DNA of 49,826 bases, filler included, from Dirinaria sp. TL-2023a (taxonomy: Eukaryota), in assembly GCA_051941275.1 (NCBI GenBank). It is 2 parts of 2 records of this genome, joined end to end, with 100 filler letters (N's around TTAATTAATTAA, not from the genome) between each part and the next. Parts side by side here need not be neighbours in the genome. Positions count along the whole stretch, not along the records: positions 1 to 24,892 come from JAVEBF010000181.1; 1 more part is not named here. The stretch is one strand, 5' to 3'. Shown in pieces: positions 12,471 to 24,992 of the stretch. Numbering within the stretch: position 1 is the first letter of the stretch; the number at the start of each line of letters is the position of its first letter. A model generated the notes under the pieces. The model was not told where the DNA came from. It saw only the letters and a list, made by a program, of their open reading frames with translations, and did no database searches. Made by a program: the position numbers and the translations under genes.

Positions 12471-13065
12471 GGTCTTTGTACGGTTTTTGGAAGAAGAATA
12501 TTAATTTATTTTTTCTTCTACAGCAGTCATCTAGGATGCGCGAGGTTGAGTACAAAATCTTGAGCATTTAAAGGAAAACCCGGAATGTTCTCAAGAGACA
12601 CCACCTTACCTATTTTATGCCCGACATGCAGCGATCCTATCTGGGTTGGGAGAATGACGTCTTCGAAGGATTCGCAGGGAAGTTGGGCGGATGCCCTTTC
12701 AAATGGGCGAACATGTTCAGATATGTAGATAGGTCCTGCAAGGTTCCCGATCCAGATTCCCTCAAAAAAAGATCAGTACTGTATTGTGATGCTGTGATCT
12801 CAATCCCCAGCGCCGTTCATCCAACCGTAATCTGTCGCGGGTGTTTTCCAAGTGCGAAATCCAAGTATTTACGACTACTCCATCTATCATCACGCTGCTC
12901 TGCGATTCGCTGTGATTTTTCAAAATGCAATAGTGTTCCTAGTATATTTGACGATATGGTCGGCCCCGAAAAAAAGCCAAAACAATATGGGGTATCTTGC
13001 CAGCCGAAAAACCAGCCTAGAGCGCCGAAACAACCAAACACAATCCTGCCACATCGACGACATAT

Positions 13066-16000
13066 TCAAAGTCCAGATACGTCCTCATACCTTAAATTCG
13101 AGCCGACGCTCTTCTTCCTATTTTGACCGGCTTCGCCATCGCCGCCTCTCCAAATCTGACTCGTCTTAGGTGTCAAATGCCGACCGCCTAGATTCCGAGC
13201 GAGACTCTCATAAGCAACATCTTGCCATCCTCCCCGAGCTTCTTTTTCAACTTCACCGGGTCCACTCTGAGCGAGTGTGCTCAAAACTTCGCTATCATTT
13301 TCAACGCTTTCCGGCGACCCTGGCACCTCTACCGACACGTGGTCGCTGCACTGGCAACCACAACCAGATACACAGGTGTAACGCTCGTCATCTGGTTCGT
13401 CCCAAGCGAATGACTGTCCCTCTAGCATTGCTCTACAGGATACATGAAGCACATGACCGCACGATAGACAGGCCGAAGCCAGTCCATTGACCAGCGACTC
13501 ACAGAAGAGACAAACCATTGGCGGCTTCCGGGCTGAGCACTGAAAGCAAAACTGAGAGGTATTTCTGCCGCGAGGGATGCTGCCGCACTTGAGACAGGCG
13601 TCAATAAATTCAAGCCCCATCAAGTCGTTGTCCCTGCTCGACGATGGCTTTCTGAATTTGAGATCAAGTAGCGCTGAAGCCTTGTTGTCGTGGCAACCTT
13701 GCGCGTCGCCAGTGTGTTTCAGTACCTCACACATCTCCAGCGGTAAATTCCAAGCGAGCAGCATCTCGCCATACGCGTGTCTGTAAGCGTCTGCCTTTCG
13801 GTCTTGTGAATGATGATATGCTGGATTGGTCGTATGCCTTTCAATGTCGAAACATCCTTCATTTTTGAGAGCTATTCGAAATACTGGCTTGTGTACAGAG
13901 GCTTCTTCCTCAGTGTCCGAGGTGGGTAGCGAATATGGGGTCCTCGGAGCCTCCGGTGGGGTTGAATACTGGCCAGAAGGTTTTGTGTTGCCGACTGCAA
14001 TAGCTGCATGCGCAGTGCCCAGGTAACCCTCTGAAGGACTGAGACCTTTGCGAGTTGGCGGAGAGGAGGAAGTGGATGTACTGAAAGAGAATTGCCGAGA
14101 TAGCGAAGCCGCAAAGTTAGTAGCTAAGTTCGAATTGGATCTCGGAGCCTGCCGTAGCTGCTCGGGGGATGTGGATAGAGACAAGTTCTGAGACTCTTGG
14201 TAGTCAGAATTAGATCGGCTATGCCGAAAGCTGATTGATGGAGTTGTGGTGTTGGATAATTGGCGCCTCCGATCGCTGGCTGAACGCACAAACTCGGAAA
14301 TCACGGGGCCCACCGCTGTTTTTCCGTCGAGGGTTGTAGGGAATGATCCAATTTGGGTGTAGTCTATAGTACTCCTTTCCGAAGCTGGGTAGGTGGCCAA
14401 AGACTCTTTGTGTACGCTTCCGGGCATATTAGACTGGGCTTCAGATTCATCGCTGTTTACCGTTCTATCTTCACCTTGTTGCCTGCTTAGGACACAGGAG
14501 AGCATAGCTAGCATTTGTACATCGGCTGACTTCTCGAAGTGCAACATCCTGCTTGAAGGTTAGGAAAGACCCACATAACAGACATTCTAGAGGGACTCAC
14601 AGCTCATTAGCGACCCAAAGATGCCAAAATGAGTGCTGATTCCTCCCAACATTGTTGCTTATGGATTTCTCAGAGGTTAATTCTGCAGAGTCGAAAGATA
14701 AATCGATAGCACTATCCCTTGACCGCAGAGGATGTGTATCACGGCGAGCAGCGATTGCTCTACTAGGTTCTTTCCCCTGGGACTGAGAAATTGCACTCGG
14801 TGGAACATTTCTTTGACAAATAAGAGCGACGAGGGACCAAACATCTGCAAGCTCCTGATATCCAGCCGCTTCGGCAACATTCGCATTGTGGTCGCAGCAA
14901 GACTGCCGATCCTCGGACAGAATGTAATGTTGCGCCAATACCTTCTTTGACGGCAAAAGATCCTGTAAGTCGTGCACGCAAACGTAATTAGGGCTTGGGT
15001 CAGGATTCTGTTCAAGAGGTGCGCCTGCTGAATATTGAGACTCGACCAATGCTACGTCATGACGCTTGACGAAATTGCTGTCTCCGAGAGCTATAGATGG
15101 TAGGAAAAGCCGATTACGTACATCAGTGACCTCGGAGGACGACGAGGATTCTGAAGATGAAGCGGCATCGTAGTCGGAAGAGGATTCGCCGCCGCTTGAA
15201 GACCTTCTTCGTTGATTATATAACTTACTCAGATGTCCGAAATTTTCAAATATACTTGTCTGGCTCCTCAACGAATGCTCGCTAGCCTGAATACTGAACG
15301 TATCGAGAATTGAATGAACGTTCTCTTCTTTTCGAGGGAAGAAGCATACTAGTCGGCCATCATTGGACCAAAGCGCGCCACAAGCTTTGGGTAGAGGTAT
15401 ATTATAAGCGGCATTCGAGGTTTCAAGCGTCCACGGACTGGTATCCATATCGTGGGCTTTCAATTCATCTTCGTCTTCATCGCTGGAACTCTGCGCTGAT
15501 CGCTGAGCAACGTCAAGGTCGCTGTTGACAGGCACTTCCAGAAGCATTAAGAGGTCTTCAACCCTCCTCTCGCCAAGCAGGTAGCGAATGACAGCTTCTA
15601 GGGAGCTAAGTTGACGATGGCAATAGGCGGCAGTTATTTCTTCAAGATCTTCCAAGAGAGATGCAGCTCGTTCCTCCCTCATATTTGGTACACGTTCCAG
15701 TTCAAGATTTAGAGCTGCTGAGTCGGGATAATTTTCTGGAAAGTCTAAGCGACATTTGATCCAACATGATTTGTTTTCCAAACCCCATGGTCCAGACAGA
15801 GACACTAGTATTCGTCGATTCCACATGTCGATCTGACTGTCATGTCAGCTCTGGTGAACCTTAGAAGAAGCGTTCAAATTGATATACCTCATCGAATTTG
15901 ACATTGGAGAACTTGTCCGCCACATGTGTTATCTCTTCTCCAATGTTATCATATTTATCCCATGCATTGTTAGCTACAAGCCGTGGCAATGCGATTGGAG

Positions 16001-17495
16001 AAAGGCTGCGGTCTAGCGCAGATGGGGATGATACATGCTTTCCAATTCTAACGCCCTTCATCCAGGTAATTGGGTCCATGTCCTGGGATCCCTTCGTCCC
16101 ACTGGTGTCTGTTAAACCAGCTACGCACATTGGAAAGGCACGGCGACCTATTAGAGAGCCTTTGCTTGACCCTTTTGTGAACCCAGCACGCATGCCGTTT
16201 GGCTTCCTATCCCGCATCAAAGGTATTTTCTCTTGGCTGTCTGCAGCGACTTTCGCCGGGTTATCGCGAAAGCTTTTATAAACTGCATTTTTTCGGGTCA
16301 TAGTCAAATGCGCTTTGACTTCTTGACCTTGCACATATCCTACCTGGCTTAGTAATTGATTGTCGAGTCTATGTAAACGTAACATCTTATCAGTGCCCCA
16401 AGAGACCAGTTGAAACTCTCTGTTGTCGATGCCTTCCGATATCGTACCCCTAGGGCGCCAAAGAAACTCTTTGACCTGATTATCATGGCCATCGAAGCTA
16501 TGTACAGGCATATCGATCGCTTCCCCCTCCTCTTTGGCAAAAGAGCGTCGATCGTATAGATGGAGTTCATTGTTGCCACGCTGCGGCATGGCCAGCAACC
16601 CTGACCCGAAAGGAGTGTACCTTGCTCGCCACACTGGAAACGGAGTTTGAATAACGTGCTCTGGCTGACCTTTGGCGATCTTATAATCCCAGAACTTTAC
16701 TGTTCTGTCCAGAGAACACGTGACCAGACAACTAGTTTCGGTTCTATTCCAGTCTACTCCATATATCTTAGTACTATGAGCTTCGATCGAGTGCAATGGG
16801 TAGGCTCCTTTGCGGTCATCCCAGATTCTAAGTACTTTATCATGGGAAGAGGCGAGAATGTGTGAATCCTGCCGATTCCACTTGACTTGTGTAGCTCCTG
16901 CAACCCAGTCACAGAAGCTAATAGCCGGCCTGCGAGGGTGACGAATGTCCCAACAGTGGACAAAGCTATCAACAGCGCATCTGCTCTAGAGTTAGCAGAA
17001 GAACAAAGAAATGAGATTGGGGCATCCTCAACGTTGCGAGTATGTCCGGATGATGTGCTGAGAAATTGATATCTGTAATGGCGCGAGAGTGAGCATGCAG
17101 CACATGCTCGACGGATGAGGCCGGGTCCCGCATCTCAAGATTCCAGAGCAAGGCCTTCTGATTCGAAGTGCTGATCACCCACGAGTCTCTTGAGGAGAAG
17201 GGAGACCACTGCACGTCTGCAACCTCCCATGGTGTATGATGGGGTAGATGACGTGGCGGCGAATAAGGAGAGTCCAGGTCAATGATGTGCAGACCTTGAC
17301 GTCTATACACATCGTATAAGCATAGGGATACAGGCTTTACTTAGGCTGAACTCACGATGCCAGCACAACGTCCCTTCCACATGGTGAGATGGATGCTGAG
17401 CCCACTGGCTTGTCCAAATGAAAACTAACATCTTTGCCAAAAGTAGTACTTTCGAAGGCCGAAAAGTGGGGTTTGATTTCCTGATTTGGGGCCAT
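13066..17495 (-). CDS. MTC5: SEACAT/GATOR2 subunit Mtc5/Sea3 (WDR59): WD40 repeats, RWD domain, C-terminal RING/zinc finger
   Basis: Exons 17495-17356, 17302-17033, 16980-15888, 15832-14601, 14548-13066. Motifs SISPCGRDVVLAS, TPWEVADVQWSP, HAHSRAITDINF, RARYTPFG, RWD FPENYP, PLPKACGALW, ADVQMLAMLSCV and CLSCGHVLHVSC...CVSGCGCQC. Confidence 0.93.
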
Positions 17496-17915
17496 GACTA
17501 GACTCGTACTGGGAAGATGAATTGAGACTAGCAATATACCTCGAAAATTCAATGGCAATCAACAAAACCGCTGTAGTTTTGTGCAGGCGACATTGCCTCC
17601 AGAGACTTCGTTGTACTTATGAACTGTTTGAGCCTTTCCGATTTGAGAATCACACTGACAGATTGGACTCTGGGATGCGATTGCCGGAAGTTCACGATTC
17701 TCACGCGTAGCGATGGTGTGATTGTTGTATGAGTGACTCTCAGCACATTGTACCAATCGATCAGAACTTCCGCGCCCAGAGGATCTCCGTGAGCAGCGCA
17801 TTGTTTCATCGACGCGTGCGCTTCTTGCTCATCTGATCAAACAATGAAGATGAAGACTGAGGTAGGAATAGATAGAACTTATTACCGTGGCTCGAGGGAG
17901 ACAATCTACCTTACG

Positions 17916-17933
17916 GTACCTTACGTAAGGTAC
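17916..17933. promoter_or_regulatory. Perfect 18-bp palindrome GTACCTTACGTAAGGTAC (TTACGTAA core) in the MTC5/UBC13 divergent promoter
   Basis: Self-complementary sequence close to the midpoint between the ATGs at 17495 and 18388. Regulatory function is inferred. Confidence 0.5.
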
Positions 17934-18387
17934 GGGTGCCTCCCTCGCTCCTTGGCAGACTGCGAGACTACCTACAGAATACCGTACTTGCTTCGACTCA
18001 GACTGCGACGACTGCAGAAGATAAGCTAGCCACATCCGATCTAGCGTTCTCTACCCTTCTCGACTGTCTCATACCTGGTAATCTATGGCACGACCAAACC
18101 AACTGTACGACACACCGAAGGTACTTGACTTCATTAAAGGTTTCCCCTCCATTCACAAATATCTGCGTTCAGCCTCCAACCTTCCACTCGATTCCGCTCC
18201 GAGTCTCGGAGAGAACTGTCCTATCGCTGTTCTAAGACCTCCCGTACTTGAACTGCGCCAAGCCTTGCGTCACCACCTTCCACTGTCGTGGAGTAGTCTT
18301 TTGCGAGGCTCGAGCAATAAATTGAGTCGACCACCTCTCTGAAGATCGCACCCCTCAAAGGGGCCAGTCGAGAAGTGCGTAAGCAGC

Positions 18388-19035
18388 ATGGCTGCCTTAC
18401 CCAAACGGATCGTGAAGGAAACAGAGCGCCTGATGGCAGAACCGTACGTGATGCGTCATTCCTCCCGTGTCTCCTGTCTTTATACATACTCTGCCAAAGG
18501 ATGGTCTGTGAATGCTGATTTTGGTCATCCTCCTAGGGTTCCTGGCATCAGCGCTGTCCCCCACGAAGACAATTTGAGGTACTTTGACGTTAAGATTCAT
18601 GGACCTTCTCAGTCACCATACGAGTGTTAGCCTAATACCAATCTTTCAAAAGAATCCTACCTTACTCATAACTCGTCAGCCGGAATATTTAAGCTCGAGC
18701 TATTCCTACCAGATGACTATCCCATGACACCCCCAAAGATCCGCTTCCTGACAAAGATTTACCATCCGAATATCGACAAATTGGGCCGGATCTGTCTTGA
18801 TGTGCTCAAGGGTCAGTGGATTCACCACGATTGGTTCAGCCGTGCTCACAAGCCTCCAGGTAACTGGTCGCCAGCTCTCCAGATCCGCACAATACTGCTC
18901 TCGATACAAGCCCTACTGGGAGCCCCCAATCCAGACGACCCCTTAGCGAACGACGTGGCGCAGAGCTGGAAAGAGGATGAACAAGCAGCGATTCAGACCG
19001 CTAGAGAATGGACCCGCAACTTTGCGCAGCCTTGA
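18388..19035 (+). CDS. UBC13: Ubiquitin-conjugating enzyme E2 Ubc13 (K63 chains), 150 aa
   Basis: Exons 18388-18443, 18537-18625, 18680-18811, 18860-19035. [15 protein letters not shown]...[18 protein letters not shown]...[30 protein letters not shown]. Confidence 0.96.
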
Positions 19036-20072
19036 ATCATGCAAATCTTTACATTGGGAGGGCTGATTAGGTAAACACAATACTGCCACGAGCAGAGGAC
19101 GAATCGAGACCGAGAATTGCAAAGATGCACAACGAATCAGCGACGAGCAACGACAGTATGATAAAGAGAGAAAAGCACGTCTCGTGTGTTTGTATAAGCA
19201 TCTTCTTCACACTTCTTAAAGGTCTCTGGCCAAGACAGGCTAGCAACCTTTGTGTCAACATCCACGATTGCTCTAAGCCTTGTGCGTCAGGGTCTCGCAT
19301 TCTTAGACTCTTATGTTATCTGTGTACCCCACTGAACATTTAGTGATAGTTCATGGCTATTGCTCGCTTTATCCGCCCAGAGTTGGACTAATAAAGTCGA
19401 GAGAATAGATTGATGTTTATTACACTGGAAATGGAAAGACTTATTTTGAACTTTGGTGCTTGTCTGGTCCATATGCTGAGCCGCATTCTTGCCTATCAAT
19501 GTACAGGCTCCCAGTGATTTTTGGCTAGGCATCAAGGATCTAAACCTGCAGTATATCCCTGGAGATGTGACGGGAAGCCTCTTCAAGGAAACACTTGGAA
19601 CAGCCCTTTGTCCGGCCTGTAGCAAGGCTAAATGATTGCAGTCTGAGCGTTGAGAGTCTCGAGATTAAGATTGCCTTCACTCTCTTAACAACATGGCCTG
19701 GATGATAAGACAGTATTGTAATGGACCTCTTGATCCTCATGACCATTGGGATTTGGACCATTGGGTGATTGAAAGAGCGTGCCAGTACTACAGCAGTGTG
19801 TTGGGGTGCCTGGAAGAGGGGTGGATATGGATTTCTCGGCGCAGATTGCACAATCCCACGCCGAGAACCACAGGGCTGAATCTTCTTTATTATGTTGTGA
19901 TCTTCCTCTTCTTCCTTTCTCTCCCACCACCCTCAGCACTCTCATTCCAATCATCATAGTTGGGCTGGTCACTGTTGATCGACAGTTGTCCTAACTCAGT
20001 CTCTGCATTTAACCTCCACTTGACCACTTTGAAGCCCTACTCGCTTAACGCGGGTTGTCACGTGTTGTGACA

Positions 20073-23000
20073 ATGATTGGGCTACGGCGGACCATAAAGG
20101 CTGCCTTTTACAATGCCCTTCAGCTGGCCATTATCAACCCCTTCCACACCTTCAAGAATGCGGCTCATATTGTTATTGCTTTGACTAAGAAGCGCCCCTT
20201 CGCTACCATCGCTTCTATTGCTATCGTCATGTATAGCCTCAAGAAAGCTAGAGAGCGCTACCGCCTCCGCTCCGGCCAGGTAAGAAAGGCACCTACAATG
20301 TCGCAGCAAACGAGTCACTTACAGGGTCTTTAGCATGGTGATCGCGGCGAAGGCAAAGGTGGGCCTGGAGGGGGCGATAACCCCGACGGACTTGACGATC
20401 CAGATTCTGGACCTCCTGGCCCGCGGCCCCCTGATCCGGAGCCCCCTCCTCGTCCAGGGCACCCTGAGGGTGCCTATACAATACCGGCTGCGCGCGATGA
20501 TGATTTCGACGCGCTGGAAACAGACGAAGAGAGAATGGACTGGTTTAGACGCGTAAGCAACCTATTCCTCCCCTTGATAATAATCGATATCATCTCAACC
20601 TTGCCTAGCACTGGCACCAAGTTTGTGATCTTATCCGAAGCGACGCGAGTGATCTCTCTGACTACGATACCAACGTTCTTGCCTTTATCGTAAGTCTACT
20701 GAGAAGTTGAAAGTATTGTGTAAAACTACTGACCCTCAGCGTAGAAGCGAATGGCAGCCAACGGAGATGCTAGCGTCCTTCAACGTGTTAGTCTACCGCA
20801 TCTATGCTTTCGTCTCTTACCGTATCTAACGCGCCATCCAGATCAGCGGTTCCTCCGCCGCAGATACCGTGATGGATCCGGATACCAACATTGCCGAGCA
20901 TGTGACTTCAGAGGACGAGACGCAGGACGAGACGCAGGACAAGGGCTTGAATTCCAATGCCACTGAGTGTGCGACCTCGGAAAACAACGCGTCTGACACG
21001 ATCGTTTCCACTACTCTTCCCGACTCTGACGAGAGCGGCGCTCTGGAGGAGACTGAGCTCGAGGAGTTACTTGGTTCCGGTAAGTGGAAGACTGGGACGA
21101 GGCTTCGAAGGATGCCAGCTAAGTTTTTGTAGTTGCCAAGGACATCAACAGTGCCGGAAAGTCTCGTATCAAACAGGATGGGTTTCGAACCCGTTATAGC
21201 GTGCACACCCCTACCCCGAAGAAGGAGCAAGGCAATCTGCTTCCTGAGCCCCTTAGGGTCCGTAGCCGCACGGAGACTTCACCTGAACATCGTGAACAAG
21301 AGATCTCCCTAATCGACTTCCTTAAGGCAGACGAGGAGTACGAGAAGTATGAGCAGGTGGAGCAAGCTACCGAAGGGGACAAAGACGCTCTCAAGTCCCG
21401 TCGGAAGAAGTCTCCCTTCTTCAATCTAAATCTCAAGCGCATGGCTTCTTCGGCGGTCGTTAAGGATTCCGCAGGATCCTCCAAGCAAGGTCCTGAAGAA
21501 ACCGCGCTGTCGCCGGTTGATCCACCCCTAACATCAATTGGCCCTTCTTCTGCTAAGCCTGTGATCCCGACTGTCAGTTGTGGCACTGGTTCGGATGGCC
21601 AGTCTCAAATCTTATCCCCGAGTACATCACTTCCTGCGCTGCAAGCCCCAGGCTCAGATGATAACGAACTTAAGTCTGTTCCGTACGGGGTGGGCTACAC
21701 TTTGGCCAACGCCGAAGATTCGAGCTCAGTTCCGCCGATACCACCGAAGAGTGTAAGGCGTAGGCCGCTACTTTCGCTCAACACTGAAAAGGCCACGAGT
21801 CCAGCTGACGGCACCGTTTCTAACTCTCCGGCTGTTCCTGGTGGTGGGGGTAGCGCGCCTTCTGCCGGCATCGGTGGGGGCTTCGACAATGCAGCTGTCA
21901 AAGCTCTAGCTACCACTGACGATAAAGGTTCCGGTCGTAAAAATAGGTCAAGGAGCGAAGGCAGCCCCCCTCCGAGCTTCTCGTCAACACCAAAGCCGAA
22001 GCAGGAACGCTTCACAGACGACCATCCCGAGGTCAAAGCTTTCGAGCGCAATTTCCTCCAAGAGACTTTTGGTGTGAGCAGCACCAAAGATATTCGCGAT
22101 CCCAATCAAGAGCTTACCTCTAAGGAACGTCGCGCCGAAAAGAAAGCCGAGAAGACGGCCGCGAAGCGCCTCGCTAAAGCTGCTGCCGCCGCCAACAAAG
22201 GACAAATTCACGACGACTCTGAGCATAAGATCGCCCACAAGCCTAAGAACGAGATTGAAAAAGCTTCTACCAAGTCCGAGAAGGATTCGCACAAAGACGA
22301 TATAGCTGACGCGTATTTCAAAGTTTTTCCTCTGGGCGACGACTACCCATTGAAGCATCTTTTCCCACCGAGCGTAATTGATTCCGCAAGCGGACGTAGC
22401 AATGCTCAGCCACCCACCGTTCCCAGCACACCCCAGCGACTTTCTAGTCACACGAGCAATACTGGTACGAGTACGACAATAAGCGCTCGTGGAAGTTCTT
22501 CTGTCGGCGGTGGAACTCAGGCCACCACTGTCGCAAGCACTCCTCAACGCGTCTCTCGCGACACAAGCAATTCGAAAACGGTCGGAACTCCATCTCTTGG
22601 AAGCATTTCGATCCGCCGTAAGGAGGTCAGCTCTGTCAACAATAAAGCTGATTCCTACCCTCATGGTACTCAAGTTTCGACCCGAAGCGGTTTCGGTGAG
22701 TCGAGCAAGGCCGCTGCAGGACCCGGCTATGCCATTGCGGGGCCTAGCACCTCCCAAATCGGCTCTGGGACTGATGTATGCCCAACTCCTACCCAAAAGG
22801 CTCTCGAGCAGGACAAGGGGTCTGGCACTCCTTATGCGCAGCTTCATCTTGAGGATAAAGCTGCCGAGAACCTCGCCGAGAAGCAATTGCAGAAGGAAAA
22901 TTTTGTGGCCCACAAGGTTTGTCCAAGTTTTGGAAAATACTCGAATACCTTCACTCATCGTGACAATAGGTTAATCAGCTACGCAAGATTACCGGTACGC

Positions 23001-23491
23001 AGATCGTCGGATACTCCAAGGAAGACGACATTTGCAAGCATCCCAATCACGACCGAACATTCTACGCCAAGAACCTGTTCTGCCACAGGTGCACCGACAA
23101 CTGTGCCGTCTGTGATGCTCCTTGCTGTATGTTCAAAGGGGCCCTTAACACAGCCCGAGCCAACCCTGAAACCGAGTTCGGGGAGGAGGCCGCCCACCTA
23201 GCTCGTGAAATCCATCAGTACGCCACCCAGGACAAGGATGTGGCTACGTTCCTCGAATGCACGGTATGCGAAAAGTGGGTCTGCCCGGAGTGCATCGGCA
23301 TATGCCCTATCTATCCTTGCCGGGACCAGATGTGTACAACATGCAACCCCAACCCGTGGGCCATGTGCGCTTTCCACGACGACGAAGACATTCAAATGTC
23401 TCCAATATGTCAAGCAAAGCTAGAAAAGAGCCGTCAAGACTTTCTGGACTGGCGCGAACTTCAGAACAAGAACAAGGACAAAGCTACGTGA
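20073..23491 (+). CDS. Uncharacterised ~1030 aa protein: N-terminal hydrophobic segment, long disordered S/T/P/K-rich middle, C-terminal Cys/His-rich (putative multi-zinc) domain
   Basis: Exons 20073-20279, 20334-20552, 20609-20689, 20745-20786, 20842-21079, 21133-22916, 22970-23491 splice in frame with GT-AG. The C-terminus reads CKHPNH...CHRCTDNCAVCDAPCC...CTVCEKWVCPECIGICPIYPCRDQMCTTCNPNPWAMCAFH. The true start could lie further upstream. Confidence 0.7.
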
Positions 23492-24516
23492 CGGACAGAA
23501 ACTGACGTGGCTTTACCGCCGGACATCAACCTGGCCTTGCTTTACAGGACTGGGAGTGAAGAATGGTGGTATTAAGCGGAACGTCATGACTGCTCCCGAA
23601 GACGAAGCCCCTTTTTTTTTGTGGCCCTGTAAAAAACTGATGAACTCAAAGGACTATCAATCACCACTCCGAATGAATGACAGAAAAAGGTTCTCGATAC
23701 GTTGTTGTACGTGTAGATAGTCTATCACTAGCTATCTACTATTAAACCCAAACATCTCCACTGACCTGTGACATTCGACAAAGCAGCCTTCTGAGCAAGC
23801 GGCATTCAAAGGCCTTATTGTAGCAAGGTCGCCACATCTCCGTCCCTCTCGCAAGTCCTGTATGAACGGACGCTCAGACTGTTCAATCCATCGACCTGTT
23901 GAAGTAGCGCATGGTAAGCTCATAGAATGAAGTCCGAGCGAGAGATTCAACATCGGGAGCAAGACACGCAGAGAGATTGTATCCTAAGTGCATCTTTACG
24001 AAGTAAAAGGATTTAGTTGGCGCATCATCCCGAGTAAACAAGAACGTTATACGAAGAGAAATGGCAGCTAGCAAGGATGAGTTCTTCATCCTCAGCCTGA
24101 TCGGAGTTTAAGTGGCCGTCTCCAAAATACATGGACCAACTAAGACAGCTGCAGCCTAAAGATCAAAAGGCTACATAACCCACCACCCACAGGGGTGTTG
24201 ATCCCTGGTCACAACTTGTCAGACTTCATTGCTGTCATATCTCACCTACATACAATGAACTCCATACGATTCGTCATGTTTACCCAAGCCTAAGCGCTGT
24301 CGGCATATACTCAGTAAACACCCCTTAAAAGCCCCTTTTGTGCTGCCAAGCCCCTCTGCGTCGATCATCCTCTCGCTTACGGCGCTTCCTAAAATCACAT
24401 GACCCACTCAGCCTTACGGCTCGAAACCACCACACTTCAGGATCATCGCAAAGCCCATCAACGCGATCAATAACCACCACCCCTAGTAACCAGGTATCGC
24501 ATAATCAGCCGCTAAG

Positions 24517-24892
24517 ATGCGTACCTACGACGACACCTTCAGCGGCCAGAAGATCTACCCCGGCAAGGTACGTTTCCCCTGCTTCCACGGACCACCAAAA
24601 CCCTCTTCCTGCCAGTCGATTCCCCAGCATCGCGAACTTACAGCGCTCGCCCCTAAATTTACTCGCTCTACACAACTCTCTATACAGTGGCCTCAAATCT
24701 CAGGGGGAGGAAAATGCAAAGCTAACGTATCCCTGTGTGCGGGGTGGACTCTAGGGAAAACTCTACGTGCGAGGCGACAGCAAAATCTTCCGGTTCCAAA
24801 ACGGGAAAACCGAGTCTTTATTCCTGCAACGCAAAAACCCCCGCCGTATCGCCTGGACAACTCTATACCGGCGACAGCATAAGAAAGGCATT
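24517..24892 (+). CDS. RPL24: 60S ribosomal protein L24 (eL24), 5' part; truncated by assembly gap
   Basis: Exon 24517-24567 [17 protein letters not shown], intron 24568-24754, exon from 24755 [46 protein letters not shown], then Ns. Confidence 0.95.
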
Positions 24893-24992
24893 NNNNNNNN
24901 NNNNNNNNNNNNNNNNNNNNNNNNNNNNNNNNNNNNTTAATTAATTAANNNNNNNNNNNNNNNNNNNNNNNNNNNNNNNNNNNNNNNNNNNN
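24893..24992. other. Assembly gap / artificial contig spacer (44 N + TTAATTAATTAA + 44 N)
   Basis: Exactly 100 nt and symmetrical. The central 12-mer gives stop codons in all six frames. Confidence 0.95.

Noticed and set aside
16981..17032. Apparent frameshift in MTC5 after ILAT
   Set aside because: Explained by a 52-nt intron (GTTGAG donor, GCTAAC branch, CAG acceptor) that restores ILATCAVDSFVHCWD.
19693..19959. 88-aa ORF with a hydrophobic C-terminus as a separate gene or extra 5' exon
   Set aside because: No recognisable family, and I could not find a splice that joins it in frame to 20073.
21984..22958. 324-aa minus-strand ORF
   Set aside because: Antisense shadow of the low-complexity exon of the 20073-23491 gene.
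24568..24754. Intronic snoRNA in RPL24
   Set aside because: No box C (RUGAUGA) / box D pair or clear H/ACA structure seen.
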